A stretch of 64,000 nt of DNA, from the NCBI RefSeq assembly GCF_046119375.1, contig NW_027362762.1:716038001-716102000 (forward strand). The letters are read 5' to 3'. The position numbers and the translations under genes are program-made. The DNA is from Phyllobates terribilis (Eukaryota). Below are positions 22,442 through 34,050 of this stretch, in pieces (the stretch's first letter is position 1; every line of letters starts with the position of its first letter). The notes beneath the pieces are model-generated. The model worked only from the letters and a program-made list of their open reading frames with translations, was not told the DNA's origin and did no database searches.

Positions 22442-23402
22442 CTAGTTTAACGCCCTCCTGATGAGTGTTGCGAGTCTCCTGGCGAATGTGTGTTTCCCGG
22501 GTTTGTTGAGGTGTAGTCCGTCTCTGGCAAGGAGTCCGTCATAGAGGTAATTCACACCATGGTCCAGGAATCCAAATCCTTGTTATCTGCACCATAGTCT
22601 CAGCCAGTTGTTCACATCAAGGATCATGTTCCATCTCCTGACGCCATGACCGTCTACTGGAAGGATAGAAGAAAAAACTACCTGCGCATCCAGTTCTTTT
22701 ACTTTCTTCCCCAATGCTTCAAAATCCTTGCAGATTGTCGGTAGGTCCTTCTTTGCCGTGTCATTGATGCCAACATGTATCAGAAGAAATGGGTGGACAT
22801 CATTCTGCAATGATGAGCTTCGGTATCCTATCGGTAACATCCTTGATCTTCGCCCCTGAGAGGCAGCATACTTCTCTTGCGGTTATGTCCGGTCTGCAGA
22901 TAGCTGCTTCTGTTCGTCTCAGTACTGAGTCTCCCACCACCACCACTCTTCTTCCCTTCTTGGCTGTCCTTTTTCTTGTCGTTTCTGGGTGTTTCTGGGT
23001 ACTCTTTTCTTTTTTGCTTGCTGGTAGTTCCTCATCCTTAGGTGTGCCATCTTCGTCCTCCACAAGTCCTTGGAATCTGTTTCTCAGTTGTGTGGTTGGT
23101 GGTGTCTCCATGGTCTTCTTGCTTCTTTTGGTCACTTGCCTCCACTTGTCTTCCTCTGGAGATTCTCTGACGCTTCCTTCACTTTCCGTGACCAGTAGTG
23201 ACGCTTCTGTTCTGTCCAGGAAGTCTTCATTTTCCTTGAAGAGTTTTAATTTCGCAATTCTTTCTTCCAGTCCCCGCACCTTTTCTTCTAAAAGAGCCAG
23301 TAGTCTACACTTCTGGCAGGTGAAGTTGGTTTCAGCTTCTGGTCGATCTGTGAACATGTAGCACATGTTGCAGCTCACCATGTAGGTTGTCACATCTGCC
23401 AT
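22442..23402 (-). pseudogene. CR1 ORF1 (Cys-rich zinc finger, coiled coil, SGNH/GDSL-type esterase), disrupted
   Basis: SCNMC...TCQKC, VVVVGDSVLR, HVGIND and downstream DGLHLN. Frameshift near 22800 and a stop at 22583-22585. An esterase domain in CR1 ORF1 is established knowledge. Confidence 0.9.
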
Positions 23403-23493
23403 GCTGTTCCTTGTCCCTGCTGACTTGATGTCTGTCTTCTTGTGATACCCTAGGATAAACAAATTAAACAAATTCGCGCGCCGTCAGGCACGC

Positions 23494-23880
23494 GGTTTGG
23501 CGATGCTCTCCAAGCAGCTGGTCCCGGCTGTACCCAATGATCTTCTAGCTGAAGGAGACTCTTCGCTTTTCCCAGAAGGCACCTGGAATATGCAAATTGT
23601 CCTCTTAAAGCTTCAATCCCTGGTTTGGCGATGCTTTCCAAGCAGCTGGTCCCGGCTGTACCCAACGATCTTCTATCTGAAGGAGACTCTTCGCTTTTCC
23701 CAGAAGGCACCTGGAATATGCAAATTGTCCTCTTCAAGCTTCAATCCTTGGTTTGGCGATGCTTTCCAAGCAGCTGGTCCCGGCTGTACCCAACGATCTT
23801 CTAGCTGAAGGAGACTCTTCGCTTTTCCCAGAAGGCACCTGGAATATGAAAATTGTCCTCATCAAGCTTCAATCCCTGGT
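23494..23880 (-). repeat. Three 128-bp tandem units at the CR1 5' end
   Basis: gcgatgct starts at 23500, 23628 and 23756. Confidence 0.9.
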
Positions 23881-25145
23881 TTAGCTTCAATCCCTGGATT
23901 TGTTTATTATGTCTCCCAAAGATCGCAGTAAGGCTCTGCTTATCCTGAGATCTGCGCTGAGCACTTACACCAGAGTTTCCATGTAAATATCTGAAATAGA
24001 TCAAATCAGATGGAACCCATGACGGAAGAATCCCTTTAATGTGGCAGATATAGGCCACTGTGGATGCCATCTGGCCTGTGATCCCACTGTGTCAGTTTTT
24101 TTAGGCGTGCAAAAAAGTGCGGTTGACCACAGTTTTGTGCACTTCTGAAAAAAAGAACACCGCTAAATAGAGGCCAGACGGAGTCCAGAGAATCTCTGCT
24201 GCCTCATTACAGTGAATGGATCCTGCAGGGGTTTCATCTGAATTACATCACTTGGAAATTTAGATGGAAACCCCGATGTAAGTGCTCAGTCTAGAGTAGA
24301 GATGAGCGTTGTTCGACTCGAACTGTTCGCCAGTCTCAAATTCGAGCTGTTTTGGGCGGTGTTCGAGCCGTTTGGCAAACACGAACGATTTGAGAAAAAT
24401 TCGGCTGTTCGAGGTTATCTTCGATAAGTGTTCGTGCACCAAAATCATAACTGGATTTTTTCTCAGTAATGATGAAAATTAATGTTAATCCGCAGTTTGA
24501 GTGTACAGCGGGGCGGGGGGAGGGGCAGGGGATGGATCTCTGCAGGAATAATGAAGATCTCCATTTTTTTTTCTCTTTCCCGCATTTACAGTGGGGAGGT
24601 GCAATCTGTCAGCCTATCAGCAGCGCACACACGGAGCGAAGTGCTTTTTTTCACACAAGCAAGGGCATGTGTCATTGGCAGTGTATGTCACATGTCCTTG
24701 CCCTATAAGACCAAGCCATTTTCCCCGTCGCCACCATTTTCTCACTGCTGCAGCTGAGTGTTAGACGACACCGCTGTTGCTGTGTTAATTTGATTGTTAA
24801 TTTCAAGCCAATTTTCGCACAAATCTACAGATAGCTTGGGAGTAGGGAATAGTTGTGATTGCAGTCCTTTTAAGGACTAGGTTACAGCATTTCCTACAAC
24901 TTTTATCAGGCAGGTCTGTGCTCTTAAATAGATAGGTTGTGGGAGTAAAGACTAATTGTAATTGCAGTCCTTTTCAGGACTAGGTTACATCAGTTCCTAT
25001 CAGTTTTTGCCAGGCAGGTCTGTGCCAGTGCTGTGCAAGTTTTTTTCACAGCGTTTGGCTGAATCTAGCAAAGCTAATCCTTTTCGGCCTATTGCAGAGT
25101 GTGTTAGTCAGTGGAGTAGCCTATCTGTTTTGCAAGACATACCAC

Positions 25146-26580
25146 CTCTGAAAAAATATTTGGGCTTCTAGCAGTGTGTGGGATTTGTTCTATTAGTTCA
25201 TCTATACTGACCTCCATCAGGTTGCAAACTGAATATAATTTTTTTCTGCATCTAGCTCTGATAAAATATTTGGGCTTCTAGCAGTGTGTGGGACTTGTTC
25301 TATTAGTCCATCTATACTGACCTCCATCACGTTGCAAATTCAAAATAATTTTTTTCTGCATCTAGCTCTGAAAAAATATTTGGCCTTCTAGCAGTGTGTG
25401 GGACTTTCTCTATTAGTTCATCTATACTGACCTCCATCAGGTTGCAAATTAAAAATTATTTTTATCTGCATCTACCTCTGAAAAAATATTTGGGCTTCTA
25501 GCTGTGTGTGGGACTTGTTCTATTAGTCCATCTATACTGACCTCCATCAGGTTGCAAACTGAATATAATTTTTTTCTGCATCTAGCTCTGAAAAAATATT
25601 TGGCCTTCTAGCAGTTTGTGGGACTTTCTCTATTAGTCCATCTATACTGACCTTCATCAGGTTGCAAATTAAAAATAATTTTTATCTGCATCTAGCTCTG
25701 AAAAAATATTTGGCCTTCTAGCAGTGTGTGGGACTTGTTCTATTAGTCCATCTATACTGACCTCCATCACGTTGCAAATTCAAAATAATTTTTTGTCTGC
25801 ATCCAGCTCAGAAAAAATATTTGGCCTTCTAGCAGTGTGTGGGACTTTCTCTATTAGTCCATCTATACTGACCTCCATCAGGTTGCAAATTAAAAATATT
25901 TTTTATCTGCATCTAGCTCTGAAAAAATATTTGGCCTACTAGCAGTGTGTGGGACTTTCTCTATTAGTCCATCTATACTGACCTCCATCAGGTTGCAAAT
26001 TAAAAATAATTTTTATCTGCATCTAGCTCTGAAAAAATATTTGGCCTTCTAGCAGTGTGTGGGACTTTCTCTATTAGTCCATCTATACTGACCTCCATCA
26101 GGTTGCAAATTAAAAATAATTTTTATCTGCATCTAGCTCTGAAAAAATTTTGGCCTTGTAGCAGTGTGTGGGACTTTCTCTATTAGTCCATCTATACTGA
26201 CCTCCATCAGGTTGCAAATTAAAAATAATTTTTTGTCTGCATCTAGCTCTGAAAAAATATTTGGCCTTCTAGCATTGTGTGGGACTTTCTCTATTAGTCC
26301 ATCTTTACTGACCTCCATTAGGTTGCCAACTGAATATATTTTTTTTCTGCATCTACCTCTGAAAAAATATTTGGGCTTCTAGCTGTGTGTGGGACTTGTT
26401 CTATTAGTCCATCTATACTGACCTCCATCACGTTGCAAATTCAAAATAATTTTTTGTCTGCATCTAGCTCTGAAAAAATATTTGGCCTCCTAGCAGTGTG
26501 TGGGACTTGTTCTATTAGTTCATCTATGCTGACCTCCGTCAGGTTGCAAATTGAATATAATTTTTTTCTGAATCTAACCC
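25146..26580 (+). repeat. 110-bp tandem array, about 13 copies, upstream of the transposase
   Basis: ctctga recurs at 25146, 25256 and 25366; repeated ORF translations are offset by 440 and 661 bp. Confidence 0.95.
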
Positions 26581-26674
26581 AGTCAATAGTTTTGGCCTAA
26601 TACCACAGTTTGGCCACTCAGCTCTGCTCGGTTCCCATCCATTGTTTTTTTGTGCAAATTAGTTAACCACCAAA

Positions 26675-29600
26675 ATGAGGGGAAAAAGGCCTGCTGCTGG
26701 TGGAAAGGGGAATAGGCGTGTTGGGAAGGGGAAAAAATGTTGTGTCCATGGGGTAGGTGTTAAAGCAACAGTAACATCTGCAGAAGAAAGACCATCTTCC
26801 AGCCAAACTAAAATGTCTACTTCTTTTAGCGGACAATGTGATAAGATCCCTTTCTTACGGCCACACAAATCGCTACAAATTCCAGATGAGGCAAAAAAAC
26901 AGCAGGTGCTTCAACGGATATCAAGTGTTCCTTTAAGTGGGCTCTCCTCCACATCAACTTCAACATCACAAATACTCCAGTCCTCAAAAGTGTCACCCCA
27001 ATTGCACTTGCTTCCTCACAGCTCCCAAATCTCCAGCTGCCCGTCTGAGTATGAGGTAGAACAGATGGTTGAGTCTGCAGAGCAGTTTACTCATACTATA
27101 GCCTGGGAATCAGAGGTCGGCTCCAGCGCTTCTGTGAATCCAGACGAGGAAATGATCTGCACTGATGCCCAGAATCTTTATGAGTCAGATCCAGGACCAG
27201 ACGCTGAAGGTTCTGACCATAATGTAGACCCTCATTCCCAAACTGTAACTCCTGTTGGTGGAGACAATGAGGAAGACGATGATGAGACTCAAATACCTGA
27301 TTGGAGTGACAACTTTAGTTTTTTGTCAGGGCAGGAACAGGTTGGCTCTGAGGACGACGGGTGTGATAACACAGGGTGATGATGATGAGGTTGGAGATCC
27401 CACTTACTGTCAACCCACAGTCAGCCAAGAGATGAGGTCAGCAGAGGAGGTGGAGGAGAATGCTAGTGACAACGAGGTCAGGTTGCGCCTTCCTGGACAG
27501 AGACGTAGTATTGGAAGCACGTCAACAACAGCATCCTCAAACACAACTCTGCCTCTCACCACAAGTCGTGGTGGCCCTTCAGGTCGCATGGGTGCTAAGC
27601 CTTGCATAGCCTGGGCATTTTTTCAGATCGATAAAATGACCCAACTCGTGTTATCTGTAACATTTGTCAGCAAAAGCTAAGTAGAGGCCAAAAAATACAT
27701 AGTTTGAGTACTTCCTGCATGAACCGGCACACGGACATGAAGCATAAGTTGCAGTGGGAAGCTCACTGTGCTACAATGCGGCCTAGCCAGCCGGGCCAAC
27801 CACCGTCTGCCATATCTTGTGCATCCGTGGCCTCTTCATCCTCTGTGACTGGGGGGACAGCAGTCACATCTGTTTTGGGGCGCAGACCTGCCACCTCTTT
27901 ACCCGCAACAGCCAGCGTGATTGGCAGGTCATCATTTTCTTTGGAGGTGGTAACACCAGCTGGTGTTGAGCGCTGTCCGACATTGATAGCACCACCTTTG
28001 GATCAAGGCAACCTAACATGTCCGCCTGCATCTTCCTCACAGACCGGCAGTTTGCCGGGGACACCCTTATCAACCCCGTCTAAGCACAATAGCCAGCACT
28101 CGGTCCCTCAGATGTGGACAAGTAAAAGACCATTTCCTCCTAGCCATGAGAAAGCTAAGAGGTTGAATTTCACCATCTGCAAGCTCTTGGCTACAGAAAT
28201 GCTGCCTTTCCGCCTGGCGGACACAGAGGATTTTCGAGACCTTATGTCCGTCGCAGTGCTCCAGTACCAGATGCCGAGTCGGCACTACTTCTCAAAGAAA
28301 GCTGTGCCTGCGCTCCACCAGCATGTCGCACACAACATTACCGCTTCTTTGAGAAACTCTGTGTGTGACCGGGTGCATTTCACCACAGACACTTGGACGA
28401 GTAGGCATGGACAGGGGCGTTACATGTCGCTGACTGGGCACTGGGTAACTATGGTTACAGCAGGACAAGGGGCTGCTGTCCAAGTCTTGCGGTCCCCACG
28501 AGTTGTGCGTCAATCCTCTTTATCTCAAAGTTCCTCCACTGTTTCTGCCTCCTCAACCTCCTCTCGGTCCTCCACCTGCACCCAAAGCTTGTCTGGTCAT
28601 GCCACAAGCTTTCTAACTGCGCAGAAGGGATCCTGCACACCTCCTTACTATGCTGGCAGTAGGGCTTAACGTCATCAGGCGGTTTTTACTTTGAAATGTC
28701 TGGGAAATGTGAGTCACACAGCTGAGGAGTTGTGGTCAGCTCTGGAGAACCAATTTCATGAATGGTTGTCTCCACTGGACCTGAAACCAGGGAAGGCCGT
28801 GTGCGACAATGTTGCAAACCTGGGTGCGGCCCTTCGCCTTGGCAATGTCACACACGTGCCTTGTATGGCTCACTTGTTGAACCTGGTTGTCCAGCAATTT
28901 TTAGCCCACTATCCCGGACTAGATGGCCTTCTGCAGAGGGCACTGTCGCTGTGTGCTCACTTCCGCCGTTCGCATCCCGCAGCTCAGCGACTTACATCTC
29001 TACAGAAGTCGTTGGGCCTGCCACTTCACCGGCTAAAATGCGATGTGCCTACCCGGTGGAATTCAACTCTGCACATGTTGCAGCGACTGTGGCAGCACCG
29101 ACAAGCCCTCGTGCAATACGTTCTGACGTATAGCCTGGGCCAACGAGATCCAGAGGTGGGGCAATTCACGCTGGAGGAGTGGTCTCAGATCAGGGACCTA
29201 TGCACCCTTCTGCACAGTTTTGAAATGGCGACGAAGATGTTTAGTGCTGACGATGCCATTATCAGCATGACTATTCCGGTGATTTACATGCTGGAGCACA
29301 TGTTAAACAGAATTCGGAGTCAGGTGGTGGCACAAGAGGAGGCGGAGGAAGTAGAGGAGGAGGAGTTGTATACGGAAGGGCTAACATCTGCAAGGTCCAG
29401 ACGGTCGGCAGCACCAAGGCGGCAGGCATGTGAGGGTGGGGGAGATGGTTTTACCAGGGCACATGGTAGCAGCCAAACTAGTAAGGAAGGTGCAGGAGCC
29501 CAGGAAGAAGTGGAGGACGAACTGATGGAAGACTCATCAGATGAGGGAGACCTTGATCACATTTCGGTTGTGCGAGGTTGGGGGGAGAGGACAGAGGAAG

Positions 29601-30391
29601 GAAGCATGATTGATACCTCACCACCAACACAACAGGGACTTGGTGCTCCAGGATGCGCAACACACATGAGTGCCTTCTTGCTGCTCTACCTGCAACATGA
29701 CCCTCGAATTGTGAGAATTAGAAATAATCCTGACTACTGGGTTGCCACACTGTTAGATCCCCGGTACAAATGTAAATTTGCAGAAATTATTCCTGCCATA
29801 GAAAGGGATGCACGCATGCAGGAGTATCAGCAGAGACTGTTGCAGAATCTTACATGTGCTTTTCCACAAAACACCAGTGGTGCACGTAGTGAATCTCACA
29901 GTTCCAACTTGCCAACCGTGGGACCGTCGAGTGTTCAGCACTCAAACCGTAACAGAACCACATTATCTGCTGGTAACATCAATTTTGCGGAATCATTTCA
30001 CCACTTTTTTAGCCCATCCTTTGCAAGGCCACAGGAGACAAGAAGTCTGACAAATAGTCAACGCCTAGAGACAATGGTACAGGAGTATCTCCAAGTAAAC
30101 ATTGAAGCCATGACTGTGTCACTGGACCTTTGCTCTTTTTGGGCTTCCAATCTGGATAAATGGCCGGAGCTAGCCACTTACGCCTTGGATATCTTGTCAT
30201 GCCCCGCCGCCAGCGTTCTGTCTGAACGTGTGTTCAGCGCTGCTGGTGGTGTGCTGACAGGTAAGCGCACGCGGCTCTCCACTGATAATGTAGACAGACT
30301 CAAGCTCATAAAGATGAACAAATCATGGAACGAAATGACTTTTCTACCCCTGTGTCATCCTGGGGAGAGTAAAAGCTTGATGATTGGTTAA
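26675..30391 (+). pseudogene. Long hAT transposase pseudogene with BED-type zinc finger remnant
   Basis: Basic N-terminus, acidic/Ser-rich region, AWAFF...C..C...TSCMNRH...H (BED-like), VHFTTDTWTS, VCDN, HVPCMAHLLNLVV, CDVPTRWNST, LLDPRYK, CPAASVLSERVFSAAG. Frameshifts near 27375 and 27650; in-frame TAA at 28667-28669. Confidence 0.95.
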
Positions 30392-30420
30392 AATCACCTC
30401 ACCAACCGTTTTAAGCTTTC

Positions 30421-30790
30421 AAATTACTAATCATGTTTATCTGTATCTTGGCTGTAAAATAATTTGTGCTTTGTAGCAGTGGGCAGCACTGATTCTATTA
30501 GGCCATCTATAATAAGCTCCACCAGATTTAAAATGACTAATCATGTTTATCTGTATCTTGGCTGGAAAATAATTTGGGCTTTGTAGCAGTGTGCAGTACT
30601 GATTCTATTAGGCCATCTATACTAAGCTCCACCAGATTTAAAATTACTAATCATGTTTATCTGTACCTTGGCTGGAAAATAATTTGGGCTTTGTAGCAGT
30701 GTGCAGCACTGATTCTATTAGGCCATCTATACTAAGCTCCACCAGATTTAAAATTAATAATAATTTTTAGCTGCATCTAGCCCGGAAAAT
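30421..30790 (+). repeat. About three 110-bp tandem units downstream of the transposase, related to the 25146-26580 array
   Basis: Period 110 (30421, 30531, 30641). Shares ttgggct..tagcagtgtg...ttctattag.ccatctatact with the upstream unit. Confidence 0.85.
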
Positions 30791-30917
30791 AATTTTGGGG
30801 CTCCGAGATGCGCAAGACACATAAGTGCCTTCTTGCTGCACTACCTGCAACATGACCCTCATATTGTCAGAATTCGAAGTAATCCTGACTACTGGGTTGC
30901 CACACTCTTAGATCCCC

Positions 30918-32287
30918 CAAACTTTCAATCAACCTTTTCATTTTAATAAAGACCAAAAAAATGGTCATTTTTTAAATTATAAGCATTAGCAGGTTATTAG
31001 AAACTGAAATCAAACAGTTTTCAACTCAAAACTTTATTCTAGGTGATGTTACATTTTCACATAGGACCCCTTGTTCGAAAGGAGCTTCTGAACTCTCTCG
31101 TCCATTGAATTTGTCAGGTTTTGGATGGTTCTGCTTCAATTGTTTTGCATGAGGACAGAATACCCTCCCAGAGCTGTTGCTTAGATGTGAACTGCCTCCC
31201 GCCATCATAGACACTCCTTTTGATGATGCTCCAGAGGTTCTGAATGGGGTAGAGGTCAGGGGAGCATGGGGTCACACCATAAGTTTGTCCCCTTTTATGC
31301 CCATATCAGCCAGAGATGCAAATGTTTTATGTGCAGCATGAGATGGTGCATTATCAAGCATAAAAATGATCTTGCTGTGGAATACACGGTTCTTCTTCTT
31401 GAACTATGGCAGGAAGTGCTGTTTGAGAAACTCCACATACATTATGGAGTTCATCTTTACCCCATCAGGGATCCTAAAGGAGCCGACAATCTCTCTCCCC
31501 ATGATTCCAGCCCAAAACATTACTACACCTCCTCCTTGTTGGCGCTGTAGCCATGTTTGCGTGGGGTGTCCATCAACCAGCCATCCTCCACTCCATCCAT
31601 CTGGACCATCGAGCGTTGCACGGCACTCATCCGTGAACAAAACAGTTTTGAAATCAGTCTTCATGTAATGTTTGGCCCACTGGAGCCGTTTCTGCTTGTG
31701 TGAAGTGGATAGAGGAGGTCGACAGGATGGCGTATGCACAGCTGCAAACCTCTGAATGACCCTGCATCTTGTTGTTCGGGGGACGTTGGAGGCACCAGCA
31801 GCTTCAAAAACTTGTCTGCTGCTATGACAAGGCTTTTTTGCCGCTGCTCTTTTAACCTGACGTAATTGCCTGTAGGAAAGAGTCCTCAATTTGCCCTTAT
31901 CAGCACGCACACGTGTGTACTGTGTATCAGCTACATACTTCTTGATTGCCAAGACACTTCATCCTGATCATCGCACAATGTTGATTGTAGTCATGCCTTG
32001 ACCTAAACACTCCACAATTTGTTGCTTCTCAGCAGCCGACACATCCTTTTTCTTTCCCATTTTGGCAGAAAATGTAGGCTGCTTAATAATGTGGGACAGC
32101 CTTCTTAAGTAGTCTTGCCTTTTATTGGACACACCTGCCAAACTAATTAGCACAGGTGTCTGCAATTACTTACAGTGATATAAAGAGCCCTGACACACAT
32201 CACCATCAATGAGTTTAACTGACAAACAAACAAATTCTTCCCTTATCACTCCTAAACACTTTTTGCATAATAATTTGGAACACAGTG
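30918..32287 (-). mobile_element. Tc1/mariner element lacking one TIR; decayed transposase about 31024-32060
   Basis: TIR ...taatttggaacacagtg followed by TA at 32288-32289. MGKKKDVSAAEK HTH start, VLFTDE, MLDNAPSH and PDLYPIQNLW motifs. Confidence 0.9.
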
Positions 32288-32359
32288 TACATGTGCTTTT
32301 CCACAAAAGACCATTGGTTCACGTAGTGAATCTTACAGTTATAACTTGCCAACCGTGGT

Positions 32360-34050
32360 CTGTATGGAGTTGTTCAATAAAGGGCCCAAAATTAAGATAA
32401 CATAGATGGGAGAGGTCTCTATGAATAGGAATTCCTAAGCATTTGATACCCTGTGAAGGCCAGGCAAAGGGAAAGTTGGACTGGATGGAATCCTGTATGG
32501 ATTTGGGGAGGGAGACATCGAGGGCCTCAGACTTCGCTGCATTGATTTTAAAATTTGACCATGTAACAAAGTGATCTATTTCAGCCATAACAGCATGGAT
32601 GGATATATGTGATTGAGTGATATATACTAGGACATCATCAGCAAATACAGAGCACTTGTACTCAGTGCCTCCCACCTCATTCCACCTAATATTGGGGTTA
32701 TGGCGAATTGATGAGAGCAGGTGCTCCGTCACTAGGATGTATAAGAGAGGGGACAGAGGACATCCCTGCCTTGTCCCATTGGTGATTGTGAAAGGTGATG
32801 AAAATGTTCTGATGCACCCCCTGGGCCTTGAGACACCCAGAGCCAGACCCTTTTTGGTGGATGCTGGTGGTTGTAGTCTCCGTGGCGGCGACCCGGTTCC
32901 GTGGCTCAGGGTGGTCAAACCAGTGGCGGAACTATTTATGTGGTTTTGATGTTTAAATGTCCGACTACGCCAACCGTGGATTGCGGTCAGAGTGAACCGC
33001 CGCTGCAGGGCAGACCGCTGAGGCTGGTGTTGTGGGTGCAGCAGAGCGCAGCATAACTCCCCACGGGAGGAGTATAGCCTCAGGGCAGTGTATGCAGAGG
33101 ATGGGGGTGATGGTGCAGGGCAGCAGCAGTAATGACACGGAGTCAGTGATGCAGTCCAGGGCCTTTACTCACAGTTCTTATTATCCAGACCACGTCTGCA
33201 GGTAACGGCTGCCCACGTCGTACTGTGCTCACCAGGTGAGGGGCTCAGACAACTCCCAGATAACTTTGGAGCGCTTCACAGGACCCCCTTTGTGTGTCCT
33301 TTGTCTGGCCTTTCTTACCAACCCTTCTGTCCGGCTGCCTTGGGCCTCCTCTTGGTAAACTTGGCGCCAGTTTCCCTGACCCTATGTGGTGCCTTCCTAG
33401 CGGGTGTAGAGAGGGGCTGCGCCACATAAAATGTCACAGCCTCCGGTTTCTAGCTGAGGGTCGTTTCCTGCCTCCACTAGTTTCGGGGACCGGTCTCCCC
33501 CTTTGGCCTGACCCCTCCACGCAGGTGTATTCGGGCGTGCGGTGTCGACTCGCCCGTCCGCACCCCTGGGATCCCTTCGTTCCTCGTTCCTGGAGCCTTC
33601 TCCGCTCCTCTTCCTTCCTTCTCCCTCTTCCAGGCCTGGGCCTCTGTTACTAGGCCCGCCTCCGGAGCAGAGCTCATGCAGAGCCCCTGCTCCCTGTCAC
33701 TTCTGCTCAGACTTCTCTGCACTGGACTAAGATGGTGCCCACCTTTTATACTCCCTTCTCAATGCACCCAGGAACTGCTTCCTCCCTGCTCCTGCACTAC
33801 AGGATTCCCCTTCCTCATTGTTCCCTCCCCCCACTCCAGCCAGGGACAGGGACTATCGTGCCCATCTCAGGGGCATATTGGTCGCCCTGCCCCACTGCAA
33901 TGTGGTGTAATGCATGCAGGTGTCGGGTCCTGATCCACACTCCATCCTTACCTGAGAGTGAGATATCACACCTCTGGGTGAGGTGCAATACCTCTGTAGC
34001 AACCGAGCCCTCAGGGTGCTACAGTTCCATTTATCTTCAGCCTAGGTGAC
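32360..34050 (-). mobile_element. L1-clade ORF2 (RT) fragment, interrupted by a solo LTR
   Basis: NGTRQGCPLSPLL and FADDVL motifs in ORF 32319-32918. The frame rejoins across the LTR as RLKINGT-FSSPF. Confidence 0.85.
32810..34023. mobile_element. Solo LTR (~1.2 kb, probably Gypsy-type)
   Basis: TG...CA ends with short inverted termini tgatgcaccc/gggtgctaca. 4-bp TSD gttc at 32806-32809 and 34024-34027. Confidence 0.85.

Larger units (their letters stand above)
19268..23896 (-). mobile_element. Apparently full-length CR1 LINE
   Basis: ORF1 and ORF2 remnants, a 3' tail of tatgtaac repeats (19268-19287), 5' tandem repeats, and a short flanking duplication gattt (19263-19267 and 23897-23901). 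Confidence 0.92.

Noticed and set aside
24680-24730. CCAAT/TATA-like promoter in the hAT 5' region
   Set aside because: Short motifs only, 2 kb from the ORF; cannot be supported from sequence alone.
26675-27680. 234-aa and 141-aa ORFs as a captured host gene
   Set aside because: They lead by frameshifts directly into the BED finger and catalytic core, so they are better read as the transposase N-terminus.
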